Origin: Candidatus Aenigmatarchaeota archaeon
Lineage (GTDB): Archaea; Aenigmatarchaeota; Aenigmatarchaeia; Aenigmatarchaeales; JACQIB01
Reading direction: 5' to 3'
DNA length: 21,005 bases
Assembly (NCBI GenBank): GCA_043799675.1
Contig: JAZDNN010000001.1
Coordinates: 1-21,005 of the forward strand
Made by a program: the position numbers and the translations under genes. The notes beneath the pieces were generated by a model that was not told where the DNA came from, searched no databases, and saw nothing but the letters and a program-made list of their open reading frames with translations. Shown piece by piece: positions 15,148 through 21,005 of the stretch. The number at the start of each line of letters is the position of its first letter. The stretch's first letter is position 1.

Positions 15148-16171
15148 CGCCATTAACACGGACAGTTCCCGGCCCGCCCTTTACGCCTTCAATCACAAAC
15201 TTCACCGGCAGGAACCTCTCTATCACCGCGGCGTTCGCAATCACATGGTCGGTAATCTCGCTGACCTTCAGGCTGCCCTTTCCGGCAAGGGCCATGTAGG
15301 GCAGCAACATGTCGGCGGCATGCCTGTCGACTGCGCCCCTTGAAAATTCATTCAGCAGCATGTGTGCGGCGTCCTTGCCGACCTGCTCCGCGGCCCTTCC
15401 GAGTTCCCCCAGGCAGTCGGCACCGAGCAGCGAGTTTGCACAGTTCGCCACAAGCAGGATGCCGGAGCCCGTGGAAAAGGTATCCACATACTTGGTTTCC
15501 ACCGCGAGTTCGGCACTTAGTCTCTCGGCAAGGGCGCGCGCCGCCCCGTCCGCCTGCCGTTCCGCGACGTTCTGCCTCTGCAGGTTTGCCGAGGCAACCG
15601 AAAGGATGAATATCTCTTTCAGTCCGCCGTGGTCGGCCAATTCAAACGGTCTAGCCTTCAGCGGCTTCAATACGACTTCCACATCCGCACCGCCCTTCGG
15701 GTACAGGCCGTCCTTGACGATTTTGATTGTAGATTTCTCCCCCAACAGAGGGAAAAAGACACGGGACAAATACTCCACGGGCGGCGCCCACTTGCCCCAG
15801 GTCCCGCCGCCCTTGATGCTCATCGAAAAGCCCTTCTTCGATTTCGCCGAAGCGAGGAGAATCGCCTGGAGGACGAGGCCAATCGAGCCTGCCGTTGATA
15901 TCCTGACTTTCAAGTCATGCGGGTCGATCTTTCCGGGTTCGAACTTGAGCGTCCTTGAACCGAGCTCAAGACCGGAGATCTTGGCGTTGCAAAGCTCGCC
16001 GATGGAATAAATCCCTTCTATGTGCTGGACCTTCAGGCCGGGTTCCGGTCTCGCGCCCCGGATGTTGGTAAGCTCCACGGGTTTGCCGGTGAGGCATGAC
16101 AGAGCAACAGCCGTTCTCACCAATTGTCCGCCGGCCTGTCCGCCGTCTATCATCACCGCTTTTTCCATCAT
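15143..16171 (-). CDS. rtcA: RNA 3'-terminal phosphate cyclase (start ATG 16171 or 16168)
   Basis: IDGGQAGGQLVRTA, NIRGARPEPGLKVQH, TAGSIGL, GGT, GLYPKGG, VDRHAADML, ITDH (adenylated His position). Confidence 0.9.
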   Translation of the reverse strand: MMEKAVMIDGGQAGGQLVRTAVALSCLTGKPVELTNIRGARPEPGLKVQHIEGIYSIGELCNAKISGLELGSRTLKFEPGKIDPHDLKVRISTAGSIGLVLQAILLASAKSKKGFSMSIKGGGTWGKWAPPVEYLSRVFFPLLGEKSTIKIVKDGLYPKGGADVEVVLKPLKARPFELADHGGLKEIFILSVASANLQRQNVAERQADGAARALAERLSAELAVETKYVDTFSTGSGILLVANCANSLLGADCLGELGRAAEQVGKDAAHMLLNEFSRGAVDRHAADMLLPYMALAGKGSLKVSEITDHVIANAAVIERFLPVKFVIEGVKGGPGTVRVNGV

Positions 16172-16207
16172 CAATTTCAATTCCCTTATCACAGCCTTCA
16201 GGCCGAA

Positions 16208-17299
16208 TCATAAAAGCCTTTCGTAGACGCCCAGCACCTTCTTGGCGGCGTTCCTGATGTCGTATTCGGGGTCCAGCTTCGCCCTGATTCCGTCGGCATC
16301 CGTGATTGCCTTTGCCAATGCTTCAGGACTGCGCGGCCTGACCGTTATCGCGCCCTTGATGTCCCGCGGGCCTGGTATGTCGCTGACAACCGCGGGCCTT
16401 CCGACAGCCATCGCCTCCAAAATACTCACGCCGAACGCCTCGCCCCTACTTATTGACGGGAGGCAGAACACGTCGGCGGCCGCATAGAAGTCCTTCTTCT
16501 CGGCCTCGTTTATCCTGCCGGCAAAAATCACGCTATCCTTCAGGCCGAGGTCAAGTGCCAGTTTCTTCAGTCTGCTCTCCTCCGGGCCACTGCCCCCAAG
16601 TAAGAATACCCAGTCTTTTCCAAGCAAAGGTAGAGCACGGATAAGATATTCATAACCCTTGTAGGGCACGAGCCGCCCGAGAGAGCAAACCACCTTTTTT
16701 TCTTTCAGTTTGAACAGACGCCTGAACTTCTTGCTGTCAGCATGTGAGAACTCCTCAGGCCGTATGCCCGCAGGAATTATACTGACCTTCTTCCGATGGG
16801 GCAAAAGCCAGGGGGAGGTTTCCATGTAGCTCTTGCTGTGAACCATTATTTCATTTGCAGAAGATAGCATGCGGTTTCCCAGTGTCCTGTAATAGCCGGA
16901 TGCCAGCAAGCTGTCAACCATACCTTCGTCGGCCGCATCCGCATGATAGCTAAGGACGGTCGGAAGATGCCTTTTCTTGCATTGAAAAATGAACCTGTCG
17001 GCAACGAACGGACTTGGGTGATGGGCATGCCAGACGTCACCCTCAGTCCCTTTCAACGTTTTCCAGAGGCCGCGGAGGGCAAGTATCCTGCCTGGCAAAT
17101 GAATTCCCGGCAGGCGGATGACATCGATACCTTCGACCTTCTCGTGTGCAGGCCTCTTGGCACCGCCTTCGCCGATGTCAGAAGTGATAACGGTCACCTC
17201 GTGACCGAGCTTCACGAACTCCCTGGCCAGTCCCCCCGCGGTGTTCTCTATGCCCCCGCGGTGCGGCCAGAAATAATGGTAGGTCATCACTATTCGCAT
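16208..17299 (-). CDS. GT4 glycosyltransferase (GT-B)
   Basis: PHRGGIE, GHEVTVIT, LGRLVPYKG, ADVFCLPS, EAFGVSILEAMAVGRP. Confidence 0.93.
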   Translation of the reverse strand: MRIVMTYHYFWPHRGGIENTAGGLAREFVKLGHEVTVITSDIGEGGAKRPAHEKVEGIDVIRLPGIHLPGRILALRGLWKTLKGTEGDVWHAHHPSPFVADRFIFQCKKRHLPTVLSYHADAADEGMVDSLLASGYYRTLGNRMLSSANEIMVHSKSYMETSPWLLPHRKKVSIIPAGIRPEEFSHADSKKFRRLFKLKEKKVVCSLGRLVPYKGYEYLIRALPLLGKDWVFLLGGSGPEESRLKKLALDLGLKDSVIFAGRINEAEKKDFYAAADVFCLPSISRGEAFGVSILEAMAVGRPAVVSDIPGPRDIKGAITVRPRSPEALAKAITDADGIRAKLDPEYDIRNAAKKVLGVYERLL

Positions 17300-17320
17300 G
17301 CCCTGAATTTCTCAGCCGGG

Positions 17321-17328
17321 GCTTAAAT
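17321..17328 (-). promoter_or_regulatory. Putative TATA box (ATTTAAGC) for the GT4 gene
   Basis: 21 nt upstream of ATG 17299. Confidence 0.45.
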
Positions 17329-17338
17329 GAGTGACTGA

Positions 17339-18601
17339 TTAGAATTCAATCGTTTCCCCGATCTTCGGGGCTTCCGCTTCAATTCCAAAGCGGCCCCTAA
17401 GCTCGGTGGCAAACCGCTCGCAGTTGTCGCCGTGGATGCAAATCACGCGGTTCGGAGACATCTTCTTCACCAGGTCGAACAGCTCGCTGCGGCCTGCGTG
17501 GGCGGAGAAGTCGAACTTGTCTATGCGCATCTTGACGGCCATGTCAACTTCGGCCGTCACGAAACGGCCGGTGTCAAGCAGATACCTGCCGGCAGTCCTC
17601 GGTGCCTGGAAGCCGGTGTAAAGCAAGGAGCATTCGGGCCGTGTGTGGAGGCGTTTGAGGTAGAAAACTACCGGTCCCCCTTCCAACATGCCTCCGGTGG
17701 TGACAATCGCGCAGGGTCTGTTGAGGGCGGCAGTCCTCTCCTCATCGGTGTATAACGGAGTAGTATTGTTGACGGCATCTGCCAGCGCCTTCGGGTCCCG
17801 TAAAAGTTCGGGGTAGCGTAGGGCTATTTCGGTGGCCTCCCTGGCCATGCCGTCCAGATAAATCGGATAGTCCGGCTTGGTCGAGTGCAAGGTCAGCAGT
17901 ATCTCTGCCGCACGTCCGACGGCAAACACCGGAACCAGCGCTATACCGTCGTTGGCTATTGTATCCTTAACAGCATTTATCAGGCCCTTCTCCGTTTCTT
18001 CCCTCGGCTGGTGCTCGCGGTCGCTGTAGGTGCTTTCCATGATAAGGGTATCGACGCCCTTCAACTTGCCGAACTTCGCGCCGTTCAGCAATCTTGTGGG
18101 CGACATGCGGAAGTCGGAAGTGTAGAACACCTTCTTCTTCGGCATTTCCACCATGCAGCTGAATGCTCCCGGGACGTGCCCGGCATCCCAGAAATCGATG
18201 GTGGCAGACCTTGTGTCGACGCTCTGACCGAAGGTGACGCGCTGGGCGTTCTTTTCCAAATTGTCTATGTCCATCTGCGTGTACAATTGAGGAGTGCCCT
18301 TCAGCCTTGCAATTTTCATGCTGTCCCTCCACAGCAGATGGGCCTGGTCGTAACAGGCGGCGGTAGCATAAACACGCGGTCCATCCTTCTTGAACTGGGT
18401 TGGAACGGCGCCCGAGTGGTCGAGGTGAGGATGGGCAACAACAATATGGTCGACCCTGCCCGTGGGCAAAGGCATCAGTCCTTCCTCGACCTTCACCCCG
18501 TAATCAAGCAGTATCCTCTCCCTTCCGTTGTCCAGCAAAAAGGCGTTCCTGCCCACTTCCCGCGCTCCCCCGAGACATTTGAGTGTCAGCATAGGCATCA
18601 T
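17339..18601 (-). CDS. Metallo-beta-lactamase/beta-CASP ribonuclease (aCPSF-family, no N-terminal KH domains)
   Basis: LGGAREVGR, LDYG, HPHLDH, AGHVPG, SD, ESTY, PVFAVGR, GFQAPRT, FSAHAG, IHGD. Confidence 0.92.
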   Translation of the reverse strand: MMPMLTLKCLGGAREVGRNAFLLDNGRERILLDYGVKVEEGLMPLPTGRVDHIVVAHPHLDHSGAVPTQFKKDGPRVYATAACYDQAHLLWRDSMKIARLKGTPQLYTQMDIDNLEKNAQRVTFGQSVDTRSATIDFWDAGHVPGAFSCMVEMPKKKVFYTSDFRMSPTRLLNGAKFGKLKGVDTLIMESTYSDREHQPREETEKGLINAVKDTIANDGIALVPVFAVGRAAEILLTLHSTKPDYPIYLDGMAREATEIALRYPELLRDPKALADAVNNTTPLYTDEERTAALNRPCAIVTTGGMLEGGPVVFYLKRLHTRPECSLLYTGFQAPRTAGRYLLDTGRFVTAEVDMAVKMRIDKFDFSAHAGRSELFDLVKKMSPNRVICIHGDNCERFATELRGRFGIEAEAPKIGETIEF

Positions 18602-18639
18602 TTAATTAGGCTAAACTAATGTAAGGACAGGCGATATAA

Positions 18640-19647
18640 ATGGATACCGAAGGCAGGCTGGGGCTGATAAGGAGGAATACCGAGGAGGTCGTGACAGAGG
18701 AAGAGCTCCAGGCCCTGGCCAAAAAGAAGATGCCCAGGGCGTACATCGGGTTCGCCCCGACCGGAAGGCTCCATATCGGATACTATCTGCCGGCAATCAA
18801 AATCAAGGATTTCATCGACGCGGGTTTTGAAGTGACCTTTCTGATAGCGGACCTGCACGCGCATCTCGACGATTTGAAATCACCGTGGAAGCTCCTGGAT
18901 GCCCGCTCGGAATACTACGAGAAAGGCATACGGGCCATACTGAAGTCGATAGGGGCGGATCCGAAGAAGGTGAAGTTCGTGAGAGGTTCATCGTTCCAGA
19001 AGAAGGAGAAGTATGCCGAGGAAATGCTGAGGATGGCCGCCATGGTCACGTTGAGCAGGGCGAAGAGGGCTGCGGCCGAGGTGGTGAGGTTCGGCGAGGA
19101 GCCGAAGCTCGGCGGTTTCATCTACCCGGTCATGCAGGCGCTGGATGTGGCGGCATTGAAAGCCGACGTCGCTTTCGGCGGCATAGACCAGCGCGGAAAC
19201 TACATGCTTGCAAGGGAGCTCCTGCCCGAACTCGGGTATGCGAAACCGACATGCGTATTCACACCGCTGATGCCCGGGCTGACCGGCGCGGGAAAGATGA
19301 GCGCGTCCGTGCCGCAATCAAAGGTCGACATATTCGACCCGGCCAAGGAAGTTGAGCAGAAGATAATGAACGCATTCTGCCCCATCGAGGTCAAGGACAA
19401 CGGTCTGCTGGCTTTCATGAAGCATGTGGTGTTCAGGCTCAGGAAGAAACTGGATATCGAAAGGGATGCAAAGTACGGCGGGAACGTTTCTTTTGGCAGC
19501 TACGAGGAACTGGAAGCTGCTTATATCGGCGGCAAGCTACATCCGATGGACCTGAAGAAGGCCGCGGTCAGGGAGATAAACAGCCTGCTTGGCATCGTGC
19601 AGAAAGAGTTCAAGGACCACGAACTCGTGAAGAGGGCATACCCATGA
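18640..19647 (+). CDS. tyrS: Tyrosyl-tRNA synthetase (archaeal/eukaryotic type)
   Basis: YIGFAPTGRLHIGY (HIGH), IADLHA, YPVMQALD, GGIDQR, KMSAS, LHPMDLK. Confidence 0.96.
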   Translation: MDTEGRLGLIRRNTEEVVTEEELQALAKKKMPRAYIGFAPTGRLHIGYYLPAIKIKDFIDAGFEVTFLIADLHAHLDDLKSPWKLLDARSEYYEKGIRAILKSIGADPKKVKFVRGSSFQKKEKYAEEMLRMAAMVTLSRAKRAAAEVVRFGEEPKLGGFIYPVMQALDVAALKADVAFGGIDQRGNYMLARELLPELGYAKPTCVFTPLMPGLTGAGKMSASVPQSKVDIFDPAKEVEQKIMNAFCPIEVKDNGLLAFMKHVVFRLRKKLDIERDAKYGGNVSFGSYEELEAAYIGGKLHPMDLKKAAVREINSLLGIVQKEFKDHELVKRAYP

Positions 19648-21005
19648 AATTCGAACTAAACGGGCGGATAGAGGCGACCGCGGAACTTTCAAAGACGAAG
19701 GACGAGATAGCGAAGCTGATAGGCAGGGCGAACGAGGAATTCTCAAAAGGGGCTCAGCCGGGGACGGAAGGCAAGATCAAAGGATGGAGCATCGAGGGGC
19801 AAAAGCTGAAGCTCAATATAGTTTCCGGCGGGCAGCCGCGACCGCATGATTTCCTGATAAGGCTGAGGAAAATGCTGGCTGAGGAGTTGGGTAAGAAATA
19901 CAAGATAGGCTTCCGTAGCGTGTTCGCGGACAACTACAAGGTGGAATTCGAACTGGAGTTCGAGCCGAAGAAACCGATGAAGCTCCCGCTCGTGACAAAC
20001 CATGAAATCAAAGGGAAGAGCTGCACGTTGGTGTTCGTCAACCTGGACGAGGAGGCGCTGCAACGGAATTATGTTGACAGGTTGATGAGACTGGTCAACG
20101 AGAAGGCAAGGGACCAGCAGTATGCAGGGAAGGATGAGTTCAGGCAGATAACATGGGAAGGGAAGCAGAGGAAAATAACTTATAGGGGCGACCCGGCGAC
20201 AGACTTGGAGGCCAAAGGCTGGATACGGCGGGCCCATACAAAGGCGCAATGGGTGTACGGTCCGGAATGGACCGCATTGTTCAACGTGTTCAAGGAACTT
20301 TTCCGGAAGCACGTGTACGACAAGCTTGATTTTCATGAGATGTTGTTCCCGAAGTTCGAGCCGTGGGAGGTGCCGATCAAGAGCGGCCATGCGGCAAACA
20401 TCTATCCTAATGCTTACTTTGTCTCCGTCCCTAGGGAATCCAGCCCCGAGGCGTGGGAGGAAGTGACGGACCATTTCAAGGTAACCGGAAAGGTGGATAT
20501 GGAAGGGGTGATGAAGAGGAGCATCAGCGTCGGCATAATGTCGTATGCCCAGTGCCCGCCGTTCTGGCCGTTCCTTCAGGGCAAGACGATAGATGAGGAA
20601 AGTTTGCCGTTCAGGGTGTTCGACTGGTCAGGCCCGACATACAGGAACGAGTCCGGCGGGACGCACGGCCTGGACAGGATAGAGGAATTCCATCGCATCG
20701 AGACCCTCTGGGTCGGGACCAAGGTACAGACAGTCAAGATATGGAACGACGTCAAGGAGAGCATGAGGAAGTTCTTTGACAATGTGCTTGATATGGAAAT
20801 ACGGGTGGCGAAGGTGGCACCGTGGTGGATGGCGCATGCCGGCCTGGCTTCGATGCAGCCGACCACCGATGTCGGTACGTTCGATTTTGAGGCGTACCTG
20901 CCGTACAGGGGCGAAAGGGACAGCGAGTGGCTGGAGATACAGAACGCGAGTTCCAACGGGACCAAATACCCTCAGGCATTTGCCGTCAAAGGGAGGAAGG
21001 AAGAA
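19644..21005 (+). CDS. serS: Methanogen-type (Zn-dependent) seryl-tRNA synthetase, partial at the 3' end
   Basis: ATGA overlap with the tyrS stop; frame open to the window end. MKFELNG..RPHDFLIRLRKMLAEELGKKYKIG..EMLFPK..KSGHA..YAQCPPFW..FDWSG..RNESGGTHGLDRIEEFHRIE..EAYLPYRG..EWLEIQN matches motifs I recall from Methanosarcina barkeri SerRS2. Confidence 0.93.
   Translation, partial: MKFELNGRIEATAELSKTKDEIAKLIGRANEEFSKGAQPGTEGKIKGWSIEGQKLKLNIVSGGQPRPHDFLIRLRKMLAEELGKKYKIGFRSVFADNYKVEFELEFEPKKPMKLPLVTNHEIKGKSCTLVFVNLDEEALQRNYVDRLMRLVNEKARDQQYAGKDEFRQITWEGKQRKITYRGDPATDLEAKGWIRRAHTKAQWVYGPEWTALFNVFKELFRKHVYDKLDFHEMLFPKFEPWEVPIKSGHAANIYPNAYFVSVPRESSPEAWEEVTDHFKVTGKVDMEGVMKRSISVGIMSYAQCPPFWPFLQGKTIDEESLPFRVFDWSGPTYRNESGGTHGLDRIEEFHRIETLWVGTKVQTVKIWNDVKESMRKFFDNVLDMEIRVAKVAPWWMAHAGLASMQPTTDVGTFDFEAYLPYRGERDSEWLEIQNASSNGTKYPQAFAVKGRKEE

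Noticed and set aside
19743..20979. Minus-strand ORFs at the window end
   Set aside because: Antisense to the SerRS, which the track missed because it has no stop codon in the window.
1..21005. tRNA, rRNA, CRISPR, IS elements, flippase gene
   Set aside because: Intergenic gaps are about 100 nt or less, and I saw no cloverleaf, repeat array or transposase. No Wzx/AglR-like flippase was recognised, though one may lie outside the window. No covariance-model search could be run.

Overview
Gene-dense archaeal chromosomal segment, possibly from a DPANN-type lineage (inferred from compactness and gene content, not proven). Most of the window is a protein N-glycosylation/surface-glycan locus: AglB/STT3 oligosaccharyltransferase, AglH-like GlcNAc-1-P transferase, a Dol-P-sugar synthase-like GT2, two membrane GT2s, three GT4s (one partial), an NDP-sugar epimerase and two divergent GT-C-fold membrane enzymes. 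Embedded in it are two cobalamin-binding radical SAM enzymes and a class I methyltransferase whose start abuts the aglB stop. The right end carries RNA/translation genes: a divergent RtcA, a beta-CASP ribonuclease, TyrRS and a methanogen-type (Zn-dependent) SerRS that runs off the window. Three genes are missing from the ORF track: the partial GT4 (2-136), a 42-aa basic/acidic microprotein upstream of aglB with its own TATA box and Shine-Dalgarno site (13198-13326, -), and the SerRS (19644->21005). Eight genes have a TATA-like box 20-23 nt before the start codon, suggesting leaderless mRNAs; one palindromic TTTTAAAA is shared symmetrically by the two GT-C genes. No tRNA, rRNA, CRISPR or mobile element was recognised.
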